The notes below the pieces were generated by a model, which saw only the letters and a list, made by a program, of their open reading frames with translations, was not told the origin of the DNA and searched no databases. Positions 20,258-29,470 of a stretch of 64,000 nucleotides of DNA are shown in pieces (position 1 is the first letter of the stretch; each line of letters opens with the position of its first letter). The stretch is from Planctomycetota bacterium (GTDB taxonomy: Bacteria; Planctomycetota; UBA11346). The position numbers were made by a program, and so were the translations under genes. The stretch lies in NCBI GenBank assembly GCA_038231435.1, contig JBBRLJ010000005.1, positions 69,900 through 133,899 of the forward strand, written 5' to 3'.

Positions 20258-21022
20258 ATGGACTTCACGCCAACCTTGGCGCGCCGTCTGGCGGCCGAGG
20301 GCATCGGCACTGCGTTGCTGCTCGCGGCGGTGGTGGGCTCGGGAATCATGGGCGAGCGCCTCGCTGGAGGGAATACGGCGGTCGCGCTGCTGGCCAACTC
20401 CATCGCCACCGGCGGGGCGCTGGTCGCGCTGATCCTGGCTTTCGGGCCCGTCTCCGGAGCGCACTTCAATCCGCTGGTGACTCTTGCCGCCGCCAGCCGG
20501 GGCGGTGGTGGTAGCAGTCGGAGTAGGATGAGCTGGGGAGATGCGCTGGCCTACATGCTCGTGCAGCTGTGCGGGGCCGTGCTCGGAGTGGCGGTGGCGG
20601 ACCTCATGTTCGACCTGCCCGCGTTCAGTCCATCGCAGCATGCACGGCAGGGCTTCGGCCAGCTGCTGAGCGAAGGCGTGGCGACCTTTGGGCTACTGGC
20701 GGTGATCTGGGGCTGCTCACGCCAGCGCGCTCCGTCACCGGCGTTTGCCGTGGGCGCCTACATCGCCGCGGGCTACTGGTTCACCGCGTCCACGGCCGTG
20801 GCGAATCCGGCCGTGGCCATCGCGCGTTCGCTGACCGATACCTTCTCGGGCATCCGGCCCGAGGACGTACCCGCGTTCATCGCCGCGCAGATCATCGGCG
20901 CCACCGCGTCCACGGTGCTCTTCCGCTGGCTGGTGCCCGAGCTTGCGCGGCGGACGGAACATGGGGCGGAGCCGGACGGTATCGCCGATTCTCCGGCCAA
21001 GGGCGTCGAGCGACGCGGATGA
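20258..21022 (+). CDS. MIP/aquaporin family channel (AqpS-like, probable arsenite conduit)
   Basis: [10 protein letters not shown] and [29 protein letters not shown]; lies between arsR and arsC. Confidence 0.9.
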   Translation: MDFTPTLARRLAAEGIGTALLLAAVVGSGIMGERLAGGNTAVALLANSIATGGALVALILAFGPVSGAHFNPLVTLAAASRGGGGSSRSRMSWGDALAYMLVQLCGAVLGVAVADLMFDLPAFSPSQHARQGFGQLLSEGVATFGLLAVIWGCSRQRAPSPAFAVGAYIAAGYWFTASTAVANPAVAIARSLTDTFSGIRPEDVPAFIAAQIIGATASTVLFRWLVPELARRTEHGAEPDGIADSPAKGVERRG

Positions 21023-21450
21023 AGAGCAGGGTCTTGTTCGTCTGCATCCACAACAGCGCGCGCAGCCAGATGGCCGAGGCATTCCTGGGCGCCTGCTGTC
21101 CAGAGAGATTCGAGTCCCACAGCGCCGGCATCGAACCCGGGAAGCTGAATCCGCTGGTTGTCGAGGCGATGCGCGAACGCGGCCTCGACATCTCGGGGCA
21201 TGCAACCAAGAGCGTGGTTGCGATGCTCGCCTCGCGCATGGCCTTCGAGTACGTGATCACCGTCTGCGACGAGACCAGCGCCGAACGCTGCCCGGTATTT
21301 CCCGGAGTGGTCAAGCGGCTGCACTGGGGATTTCCCGATCCCTCGAGCTTGACCGGGACGCACGAGGAGAAGCTGGCGGGCACGCGCGCGATCCGCGACC
21401 AGATCGAGCGCCGGGTCGCGCAGTGGTGCGCCCAGGTCTGCGCTGCGTGA
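21019..21450 (+). CDS. arsC: Arsenate reductase, thioredoxin-coupled LMW-PTPase type
   Basis: [14 protein letters not shown]-loop, ITVCD...CPVFPG, HWGFPDP; ATGA overlap with the aquaporin. Confidence 0.92.
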   Translation: MKSRVLFVCIHNSARSQMAEAFLGACCPERFESHSAGIEPGKLNPLVVEAMRERGLDISGHATKSVVAMLASRMAFEYVITVCDETSAERCPVFPGVVKRLHWGFPDPSSLTGTHEEKLAGTRAIRDQIERRVAQWCAQVCAA

Positions 21451-21496
21451 CGTCGCGAGTCGCGCCGCGAGCGAGCACCGCGGAAACCGCCGTCTC

Positions 21497-21793
21497 TCAC
21501 GAGCCGGTGTCGTCGCTCGCCATTCGCCCGTACCCGTTGAAGCGCAGCGGGAACTGGCCCTTGAGCGCGTGCTCCTTCCAGCCGGGAATCCGCGCCGCCC
21601 AGCCGCGCAGATACTCGACCTCGCGCGACGAGATCGCTCCACTGTCGTTGCCGCCCGCCGCCTGGAAGTAGCTCATCAGCACCACCGCCGGCCGTTCCGC
21701 GATGCCGGCCTGGAGCGCGGACCTGGCGTTGCGCCACCACGCGCTCCGGCGCGCCCAGGGCGCGATCGACACGATGACGATGAAATCGCTCAT
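21497..21793 (-). CDS. Hypothetical protein
   Basis: Plausible ORF filling the gap, same strand as the upstream kinase operon; start uncertain (21793 or 21817). Confidence 0.4.
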   Translation of the reverse strand: MSDFIVIVSIAPWARRSAWWRNARSALQAGIAERPAVVLMSYFQAAGGNDSGAISSREVEYLRGWAARIPGWKEHALKGQFPLRFNGYGRMASDDTGS

Positions 21794-21886
21794 ACGGCTA
21801 ACGCGCATCGTAGCCATCGGCGCCTGGCTGCCATCGCGGACTTGGCCGGTCGGGTCATCGATGGCTGCCGGCCGACCGGCCGGCCC

Positions 21887-22477
21887 TCAGCGCAGATCCG
21901 CGGCGAATCCGATGGCGATCAAGACCACGGCCAGCGCCGCCGCGACGATGCTCCGTCGCCAACCCACGCCCGACCCGCCACGATAGCCGAGGACCAGACC
22001 CATTGGCGAGAGCGCCCACAGCCCGAGCGCGACCAGTGCGGCGCCGGAAATGATCAGGATCGGCACCGGCACGCCGAGCGCGCGCAGCTCTCCGGCATCG
22101 CACGCCGGCTCGCTCCAACCGGCGCACAGATAGACGCCGTTCGCGACCAGGCAGAGGCCGAGGAACAGACGCGCGTAGCCGCCGAGCGGCGTGCGCACGA
22201 GCGCCAGCAGGGCCAAGGCGGGCAGGAGGCAGCCGCACGCCGGACCGGCCCAGGTGTCGATCACCGGCGAACGCGATCCCGAGCGATCAGTCCGCGACCA
22301 GGCGAGGGGATGGAGCACCACGTGTTCCACCGTGCCGCCCAACGCTTTCACGGCGAGTATGTGCCCGGCCTCGTGCGCTGCCTGCAGCAGCAGCCAGCAG
22401 GAGATCAGCACGGCGGATCCATGCACGATCGCCGCCAGCCTCTGGCGCGCAACACGCGGCGATTCCGCGTGGTTCAT
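21887..22477 (-). CDS. Membrane protein, M50B-like metallopeptidase
   Basis: HEAGH after a TM helix, WAGP, downstream DA; ATGA overlap with the kinase stop. Confidence 0.7.
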   Translation of the reverse strand: MNHAESPRVARQRLAAIVHGSAVLISCWLLLQAAHEAGHILAVKALGGTVEHVVLHPLAWSRTDRSGSRSPVIDTWAGPACGCLLPALALLALVRTPLGGYARLFLGLCLVANGVYLCAGWSEPACDAGELRALGVPVPILIISGAALVALGLWALSPMGLVLGYRGGSGVGWRRSIVAAALAVVLIAIGFAADLR

Positions 22478-25400
22478 GGCGCGGGAGCGAGCTGCCGTGC
22501 GCGCCATTCGACGAACAGGTTGAGCGCGGAGTCGACCTCGAAACCCCGGCGGTACAGCGGCAGCGCCAGATAGGCGCGGTAACTGTCCAGCGCCTCGACC
22601 GGCCGGCCTTCGCGTTCCCGGCGCATCCCTTGGCAGACGTACAGGTCGGCGTCCGCGTAGATGCAGTGCTCCTGCTTCAGGTACCCCGCCTCGTCCATCC
22701 GGCCGAGCAAGTACATGGCCTGGTACCAGGGGCGCTGCTCGAAATCGTAGCGCTCGTGCTCGGCGATCTTCTGACACTGGGATTCGAGCGCGGCGACATT
22801 TCCGTCGAGGCCGACCAGGAAGGGGTGGACGAAGCGGTGCAGGAACTGCACGTTCCAGTGTCCGAGGGTCTCTCCGGGGATCCTGGCGAAGAGCTCGCGT
22901 GCATGGTCGTAATCGCCGGCGATCCATGCGCGCATCGCCAGCAGCCGGCGCGCCCAGGAGTGGTAGTCGTTGTCGGACTGGGTGATGTCGAGCACCTCCT
23001 GGGCGCGACCTTGGGCCAACAGCGCCATCGGACGTGCCTTCGCATACGTCACCTCGTCCGCCCGGCCCGCCAGGCAGAGCGCGCGGGCACAATCCCACGG
23101 CTCCGTCGGCAGGCGCGTCGGCACCTCGTCCATGCGCCCGAGCGAGCACAGCGCCATACCCACCGCCGAGGGCACGTCGCCGAAGTCCGCGAGCACCTGC
23201 TCGGCGTGCCCACGTTTCCAGAGTCCGACAGCGGCCAGGGTGCGGTGGTCGTGGGCATTTATCAGCGACGACTGCCCAGTCAGCAGCGCCGCCACGGCGT
23301 ATTCGCGCCGCTGATCGGGATAGCGCAGGACGATGTCCTCGATGCGATTCAGCGCGCGCAGTGCCAAGGTGCACTGCAGGCGCTGATGCGGAAAGCGCGC
23401 CAGCAGCTCCTCGTTGCGGCCGAGGAACAGCAGGCACATGGCGACGTTATTGTCGACGGTGGTCTGGTCCGGGAACACCTGGTCGTGGACCTCGACATAG
23501 CTCGCGACGCGCGGGGTGTCCTTGGCGTCGCGCAGGGCGTCGACATGGTTCGCCCAGCGCATGGCGATGAGCTTGCGCGTCGGCGCGGTCGAGGCGCGGT
23601 ACACCCCGGGCAGCTCGGCCAGCAGGCGCTCGTGCTTCCCCTCGTCGAACAGGGCGTCGAGGCGGTGGACGCGCACCAGCTCCTCGCGGTCAGTTCCGGC
23701 CAGCGGCCCCCAGAGCTCGAATGCCTGGGCGTGGTCCTGCTGCCACCAGCGGCACAGCCCGGCGCGGTAACGCGCCTCGTGGCCCAGTTCGGTATCGGGA
23801 TGCGCCACCGCCACGCGCAGGTATTCCTCGACCGCCTGGTCGTAGCGCTGCGAGCGGGCGTACGAATCGCCGATCGCCGTCGCCGGCACCTTCTGCGGCG
23901 TGCCGCGCGCGTAGAGGCGGACGTTGTCGAAGGCCTTGCCCTGGTAATAGCCGTAGAGCGCGATGTAGCCGCTGGCGAAGGGCAGCTGATCGAGGTGCTC
24001 GCAGAGCTGCCTACCGTCGACCGACAGGGTCATGCGGTTGTCCTCGATCTCGGCGCGCACGTGGTAGGTGTGGCCGGCCAGCGGACGGAACTCGTTGTAC
24101 GCGAGATGCTGGTTCACGCCCTTGATGATGGCGGTGTAGGAGCCGTCGAAGGCGCCGATCTGCAGGCTATACGGTTCGATCATCTTGGTCACGCGCGTGG
24201 CGTCATCGCTGAGCTCGATGTCGCGACACCACATCAGCGAGATGTCGCACTCGCGCGAACCGGGCAGGATCTCGGCGTCGTACTCCACGGCGATTGCGCC
24301 CCACTGCTTCTTTCCATACACCAGCACCGAGCTGTAGTCGTCGGAAGTGATCAGGCGGCCATCGCGACGGGTGAAGCCTCCCTTCATCGGCCGCCACTCG
24401 TCCTTCCAATGATCGTCCGAGAACGTCTCGTCGAGGATAGGCCGGCCCCAGGTCGCCATCTCCTTCAGGCGTTCGCCGTACAGCGCCGCCGCCAGCGACA
24501 GCACCACAACCGCGGCGGCGAGCGTCGGCCACAGCACGCGCGCGTGACGTCGATGCCAGCGCGCGATCATTTCGTAGGGCGAATCACGGTGCGCACTGAC
24601 TGCCTGGCCCTCTTGGTAGCGGGTCAAGTCCTGCAGCAGCGCGTCAGCGCTCTGGTAGCGCTGGGCGGAGTCTGACGCGAGCGCCTTCAAGGCGATCGCG
24701 AGCAGCGCGGCCGGGGTCGCGGCGCGCTCGATGGGCGTCGGCGGTTCGATGACGCCTTCGCGCTTCATGCGCCAGAACTCGTCCGGATCGTCGGACCAGG
24801 TCGGGCAGCGCAGGGTGAGAGCGTGGAAGAGCGTGGCGCCGAGGCAGTAGATGTCGCTGCGTTCATCGACGCGTTCGCGCCGCGCCTGCTCTGGGCTCAT
24901 GTACAGCGGCGTGCCGTAGAGGCGCGGCGCCGTGCCCGGCACCAGCCGCACCGCGCTGCCCCAATCGACCAGCAGCACCTCGCCGTAGTCGCCGAGCATG
25001 ATGTTGTCGGGCTTGACGTCCTGGTGCACGATGCAGCGATGATGTGCGTAGGCGAGAGCTTGGCAGACATCGATGACGACATTGACGATAGCGTTCGGCG
25101 ATGAGATGGCCTGGGCGCGGCTGGCATGGGTCGATTGTGCGATGGCCGCGCCGAGCGAGCGGCCATCGATCTGCTTCATGCTGAAATAGACCTGGCCCAG
25201 GTCGTTGATGTCGAGCTCGTGCACCGGGAGGACGTTCGGATGCTGCAGCGATGCGGTGATCTGCGCCTCGTCGATGAAACCGTCGATCTCCTCGTCGCCA
25301 GCGGATGCGCCGAGGAATTTCACCGCCACCGGCCGCCCGAGATTGCGGTCGAGCACCGAATAGACCTGGCCGGTGGCGCCGAGTCCGAGCACGCGCTCGA

Positions 25401-25659
25401 TTTCGAAGCGTTCGCCGGCGGGACGATTGGTGGTCCGACCGTGCCTGCGCAACAGCTCGACCAGGCCCGGACGCTGGAAACGTGGAGTATCGTCGGGGCT
25501 TGTCTTGGTGGCGAAGCCGCGGTCGGATTCGGCGACGTGCTTGCGCAGGCCGTCGGGCGAGAACGCCTCCTGGGGAATGGTGCGCGAGAGGGGCGCGGTG
25601 CGCGCCGCCGGATCGCGGGACGGGGCGGGCTCTATCGGATCAGGGGATTGCGTGGACAC
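22474..25659 (-). CDS. Hanks-type Ser/Thr kinase with TM helix, ConA/DUF1080-like domain and TPR-like repeats
   Basis: LGLGATGQV, VAVK, HQDVKPDN, DWG, GTPLYMSPE, SDIYCLG; TM VLWPTLAAAVVVLSLAAALY; start uncertain (GTG 25659 or 25725). Confidence 0.9.
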   Translation of the reverse strand: MSTQSPDPIEPAPSRDPAARTAPLSRTIPQEAFSPDGLRKHVAESDRGFATKTSPDDTPRFQRPGLVELLRRHGRTTNRPAGERFEIERVLGLGATGQVYSVLDRNLGRPVAVKFLGASAGDEEIDGFIDEAQITASLQHPNVLPVHELDINDLGQVYFSMKQIDGRSLGAAIAQSTHASRAQAISSPNAIVNVVIDVCQALAYAHHRCIVHQDVKPDNIMLGDYGEVLLVDWGSAVRLVPGTAPRLYGTPLYMSPEQARRERVDERSDIYCLGATLFHALTLRCPTWSDDPDEFWRMKREGVIEPPTPIERAATPAALLAIALKALASDSAQRYQSADALLQDLTRYQEGQAVSAHRDSPYEMIARWHRRHARVLWPTLAAAVVVLSLAAALYGERLKEMATWGRPILDETFSDDHWKDEWRPMKGGFTRRDGRLITSDDYSSVLVYGKKQWGAIAVEYDAEILPGSRECDISLMWCRDIELSDDATRVTKMIEPYSLQIGAFDGSYTAIIKGVNQHLAYNEFRPLAGHTYHVRAEIEDNRMTLSVDGRQLCEHLDQLPFASGYIALYGYYQGKAFDNVRLYARGTPQKVPATAIGDSYARSQRYDQAVEEYLRVAVAHPDTELGHEARYRAGLCRWWQQDHAQAFELWGPLAGTDREELVRVHRLDALFDEGKHERLLAELPGVYRASTAPTRKLIAMRWANHVDALRDAKDTPRVASYVEVHDQVFPDQTTVDNNVAMCLLFLGRNEELLARFPHQRLQCTLALRALNRIEDIVLRYPDQRREYAVAALLTGQSSLINAHDHRTLAAVGLWKRGHAEQVLADFGDVPSAVGMALCSLGRMDEVPTRLPTEPWDCARALCLAGRADEVTYAKARPMALLAQGRAQEVLDITQSDNDYHSWARRLLAMRAWIAGDYDHARELFARIPGETLGHWNVQFLHRFVHPFLVGLDGNVAALESQCQKIAEHERYDFEQRPWYQAMYLLGRMDEAGYLKQEHCIYADADLYVCQGMRREREGRPVEALDSYRAYLALPLYRRGFEVDSALNLFVEWRARQLAPAP

Positions 25660-26005
25660 GGGATGGAACGGCGCGAGCCGTGCCCAGAGGATACATCGCG
25701 TAGCGGCCGTGTGGTCGGTGGACAACCCGTCGATAAGTCCAAATTGACCCTACCGACCTCGCGATACGATGCGCCCATGGCCCAGCCACAGCGCTCACCC
25801 CGGGATTTTCCCGGCCTGATTCCGGCACACCAGCTCCCTCTGCCGGCCCTTCGGATCGGATCGTCCGCGCGCATCACCATGCGCATCTCCGCGCCCACAT
25901 GGTCGGGCTCATGCGACTGCTGCTCGACTACGGCGATGAGATCGCCGAGCTGAAGGACCGGGTGCGGAGATTGGAGGAGCGGCGCGAGCCGTTCTCGGTC
26001 GATGA

Positions 26006-26055
26006 TAGTTGAGTTGAGCTAAGCTGAGTTGAGCTGAGCTGGGCTGGGCTGGGCG
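26006..26055. repeat. Degenerate pentamer tandem repeat, 10 units (GAGTT/GAGCT/GGGCT)
   Basis: tagtt gagtt gagct aagct gagtt gagct gagct gggct gggct gggcg. Confidence 0.8.
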
Positions 26056-26251
26056 CCCTCGCCGATCAGCCCACGCCATTCGAGGGCATCCCGTGTAGAC
26101 GGGAAACGATGGTCACCGGCCACTCAGGGTGCGGCAGCGGATCGGCGAGCGAGCCGCTGCTCGCGCCGTTCGCCCTGGTGCGTGCGCCGGCGCCGCATCG
26201 ACTGACGCCATCGCCGTGGAATCGACTCCGCGGTCGGCGACTGACGGAGGC

Positions 26252-26710
26252 TCAGGCGCGTGCCGGTAGCGCCTTCTCCATGAACACGCTGACCCGCGAA
26301 GGGGCGTAGTCGCCGAAGGGTCCGCGTTGGGCGTAGCCGCAGCGTTCGTACAAGGCGATCGCCTCGGGCTGGTGGATTCCGGTCTCCAGGCGCGCGAGCC
26401 CGATCCGCTCGACGGCCATCCGCTCCTCGAGGCGGAGCAGGATCGCCCGTCCCAGCCCCTGTCTCCTGAAGTCCGGAGACACGATCATGCGTTTGATCTC
26501 GGCGTATCCGTCGTGCCTGACGAACGCGCCGCACGCGGCTGGAGTCGACCCGGACCACGCCGCGAGGAAATGCACGTCGGGACGCTGGAGCCGCTCGATG
26601 CCCAGGATGTGGTTGTCCTCGGGCGGATAGAGCGCCTGCAGGTATGCATCCAGGGTCGACAACAGCTGCGCGACCTCGGCCGGATCGGTGATGCGGACGG
26701 TGCACGGCAT
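26252..26710 (-). CDS. GNAT family N-acetyltransferase
   Basis: AEIKRMIVSPDFRRQGLG, LETGIHQPEAIALYERCGY. Confidence 0.9.
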   Translation of the reverse strand: MPCTVRITDPAEVAQLLSTLDAYLQALYPPEDNHILGIERLQRPDVHFLAAWSGSTPAACGAFVRHDGYAEIKRMIVSPDFRRQGLGRAILLRLEERMAVERIGLARLETGIHQPEAIALYERCGYAQRGPFGDYAPSRVSVFMEKALPARA

Positions 26711-26856
26711 GCCTGCGTTTTTACCCTTCGCCACCACGCTGTACATGCCTGGCGTACCTGCTCCGGCGCTTTGAGGGAGGTGGATAGCGATGCCGGTTCT
26801 TCGCTGTCCTCGAAGCGCACCGGGCATACGGTCGGCGGGACAACGACCGCACGACC

Positions 26857-27894
26857 ATGAAGTTCAAAGACTACTACCGCGTGCTGGGCATCGCGTCCGA
26901 GGCCAACGCCGACGAGATCAAGAGCGCGTACCGCAAGCTCGCGCGCACGCATCACCCCGATGTCAGCAAGGCCGCGGATGCGCAGCAGCGCTTCTCGGAG
27001 GTCGGCGAAGCCTACGAGGCGCTCAGCGATCCCAAGAAGCGCGCGGCCTATGATGACCTGCGCCGCGCGGGGTTCCGCGAGGGCCAGGAGATGGATGCGC
27101 CGCCACCGGGATCGGCTTCGGGAGGATTCGGCGGCTACGGGCGACGCTCCGCGAATGGCGCCTCTGGTGCAGGGAGTGCTGGCGGCGCGGGTGGCGACGG
27201 CGGATACACCGAGATGGATCCGGGCGACTTCAGCGATTTCTTCCAATCGCTGTTCGGCGGCGCTGCCGGTGGCGGAGGTGGCGGCGCGGGCCGACGTGGC
27301 GGCGGCACCCGGCGCAGTGCGTTCCACGAGCGCGGCGAGGACGTGCACCACGCTCTCGCGATCAGCGTGCTCGAGGCCTACCGCGGCGGTGAACGCCAGA
27401 TCCAGATGCAGGTGCCCGAGGTCGACGCCCACGGCCAGGTGGTGCCCAAGGTGCGCACGCTCACGGTGAAGATCCCGGCCGGGGTGACGCATGGCGAGAA
27501 GATCCGCCTGCGCGGTCAGGGCATGCCCGGTTCGAGCCCCGAGAATGCGGGCGACCTCTACCTCGAGATCCTGCTCGACCCGCATCCGCTCTTCCATGTC
27601 GATGGGCGCGACGTGCGCATCGAGCTGCCGGTGGCGCCGTGGGAAGCGGTGCTCGGAGCGTCGGTGCGGGCGCCGACGCTCGGTGGCGTGGTGAACGTGA
27701 CGATCCCAGCGGGCACGCGCGCCGGCGACAAACTGCGCCTGCGCGGCCTCGGCCTGCCGGGCAAGCAGCCGGGGGATCAGATCGTGGCGGTCGTGATCGC
27801 CGTTCCGGCTACAGCTTCCGAGCCAGCGAAGGAGCTGTACCGACAGCTCGCCAAGGAATCCGCGTTCGACCCCCGCGAGCAGCACGGAGTCTGA
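26857..27894 (+). CDS. cbpA: Curved DNA-binding protein / DnaJ-class co-chaperone
   Basis: MKFKDYY J-domain with HPD, G/F-rich linker, no Zn finger, LPVAPWEAVLG; followed by cbpM. Confidence 0.92.
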   Translation: MKFKDYYRVLGIASEANADEIKSAYRKLARTHHPDVSKAADAQQRFSEVGEAYEALSDPKKRAAYDDLRRAGFREGQEMDAPPPGSASGGFGGYGRRSANGASGAGSAGGAGGDGGYTEMDPGDFSDFFQSLFGGAAGGGGGGAGRRGGGTRRSAFHERGEDVHHALAISVLEAYRGGERQIQMQVPEVDAHGQVVPKVRTLTVKIPAGVTHGEKIRLRGQGMPGSSPENAGDLYLEILLDPHPLFHVDGRDVRIELPVAPWEAVLGASVRAPTLGGVVNVTIPAGTRAGDKLRLRGLGLPGKQPGDQIVAVVIAVPATASEPAKELYRQLAKESAFDPREQHGV

Positions 27895-27895
27895 G

Positions 27896-28213
27896 ATGAG
27901 CGACGCCGACCAGGTCTTCAGCGGCGAGATCGTCTCGGACGGGCGCACCTACACGTTGCGTGAAGTCTGCGTGATCATCGGCGAACACACCGAGCTGGTC
28001 GTCGAGATGGTGTCCTACGGCGTCATCGACGCGCGTGGCGCGCGCCCCGATGCCTGGGCGTTCGACGAGCGGGCGCTGCACCGCACCAAGAAGGCCCTGC
28101 GCCTGCGCCGCGATCTCGGCATCGAATGGGCAGGGCTGGCGCTCGCGCTCGATCTGCTCGACGAGGTCGAGCGCCTGCGCGCGCGCATCGCCGCGCTGTC
28201 GCGCGGCGGCTGA
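27896..28213 (+). CDS. cbpM: Chaperone modulator CbpM
   Basis: RLRRDLGIEWAGLALALDLLDEVERLR; 1 bp after cbpA. Confidence 0.9.
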   Translation: MSDADQVFSGEIVSDGRTYTLREVCVIIGEHTELVVEMVSYGVIDARGARPDAWAFDERALHRTKKALRLRRDLGIEWAGLALALDLLDEVERLRARIAALSRGG

Positions 28214-28229
28214 CCGCCGTTCGCCTCTT

Positions 28230-29252
28230 TCACGACGAACGGGTGGTGGTGGAGGCGCCGAGCGCCGCCGCCACGAGCGTGCGCACGTCCTTGCCGGCGC
28301 GGTGCACGGCCACGGCGAGCGCGTCATCGGCGAGTGCGACGATCTCGCGCAGCGCGGCGCCGAGCGCACGGCCGTCAGCTCCGTTCGATGCGGTGCGCGT
28401 GTGCACGCCCGGGGGTCGACCGCGCCGTTTCGGCTGATCCGACGTCGCCGTCGGGGCGTTCTTCGGCGGCCTGCCGCGCCGCTTGGGCGCAGTGGGTGTG
28501 TCCGCCCGCGGATGCTTCGGCGGTCGACCACGGCGTTTCGGCTCGGTGGCGATGGTCGCTGTCGCGGCGTCGCGCTGCTTCGGCTTGGGCGGCCTGCCGC
28601 GCCGCTTCGCTGGCCCGGACGCAGCGGATGCTGCGGACTTCACCTTGGGCGGTCTGCCGCGTCGTGGAGCCGGCTCGCCTTCGGCGCGGATCTTGGGCGG
28701 CCTGCCGCGGCGCTTGGGCGCGGTTGCGGGCGCCTCGCCGGAACCCGCCGCCTTGGGCGGCCTGCCGCGCTTGCGCGGCGCGGCGGGCGCCGGTTCGTCA
28801 CTGTCCGCGGCGTCGCGCGCATCGTCCGCGGCGACCGCCTTGCGCGGACGTCCGCGGCGCTTCCGCGCGGGCGCCTCCGGGTCCACCGTCAACGCCTCGT
28901 CTTGGACGATCTCGACGATCCCCGAGTCGCCCTCGGGCGACGTCATGGCAGCCGGAGCATCCCCGCTGCCGACATCGGCAGAGACCTCGTCCGAGGCATC
29001 CATTGAGACACGGTCTGGCGCGGCCGATTCGCCTTGCAGCCACGACTCGATGCGCAGCAGCGCCTTCATCGGCGGCTTCTTGCCGCCGAGCAGCGACACC
29101 AGCTGCGGATACGAGATGCCGATGGTCATGGCCGCGTTGGCCGGCGAGACCGCGTCGTGATCGAGCTTCGCCGCTACGCGCTCGGCGAGCGTCGGCTGCG
29201 ACGGTGACGACGGGGCGGGATCGGCGGCGGATTGATCGTCGAGCTGATGCAT
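28230..29252 (-). CDS. Putative DNA-binding protein: XRE-like HTH + acidic region + 8 AT-hook motifs
   Basis: SPANAAMTIGISYPQLVSLLGGKKPP HTH-like segment; D/E-rich linker; eight R-G-R-P cores. Confidence 0.8.
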   Translation of the reverse strand: MHQLDDQSAADPAPSSPSQPTLAERVAAKLDHDAVSPANAAMTIGISYPQLVSLLGGKKPPMKALLRIESWLQGESAAPDRVSMDASDEVSADVGSGDAPAAMTSPEGDSGIVEIVQDEALTVDPEAPARKRRGRPRKAVAADDARDAADSDEPAPAAPRKRGRPPKAAGSGEAPATAPKRRGRPPKIRAEGEPAPRRGRPPKVKSAASAASGPAKRRGRPPKPKQRDAATATIATEPKRRGRPPKHPRADTPTAPKRRGRPPKNAPTATSDQPKRRGRPPGVHTRTASNGADGRALGAALREIVALADDALAVAVHRAGKDVRTLVAAALGASTTTRSS

Positions 29253-29440
29253 GGGGGAGTCCGGGATGGAGGGAGGAGGATCCTTATAGCCCGCCCCCGG
29301 CTGCCGCCAGCACCTACCGGGGATCCATCGGCGCGGCTTACGGCCCGGCCGTGAACGACAGTGAATCCACATAACGCGCTTAACTATCAATGTAATCCAT
29401 TTATAATAAAGTAGTTAAATAATATCAGGCGACCTCATTG

Positions 29441-29461
29441 ATAATGCGTATTACGCATTAT
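29441..29461. promoter_or_regulatory. Perfect palindrome, probable IclR operator
   Basis: ATAATGCGTA-T-TACGCATTAT, ending 9 bp before the IclR ATG at 29471. Confidence 0.65.
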
Positions 29462-29470
29462 GATCCGATC

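Noticed and set aside
26006..26055. Resemblance of GAGCT/GGGCT pentamers to immunoglobulin switch repeats
   Set aside because: Only 50 bp in bacterial context; simple slippage explains it
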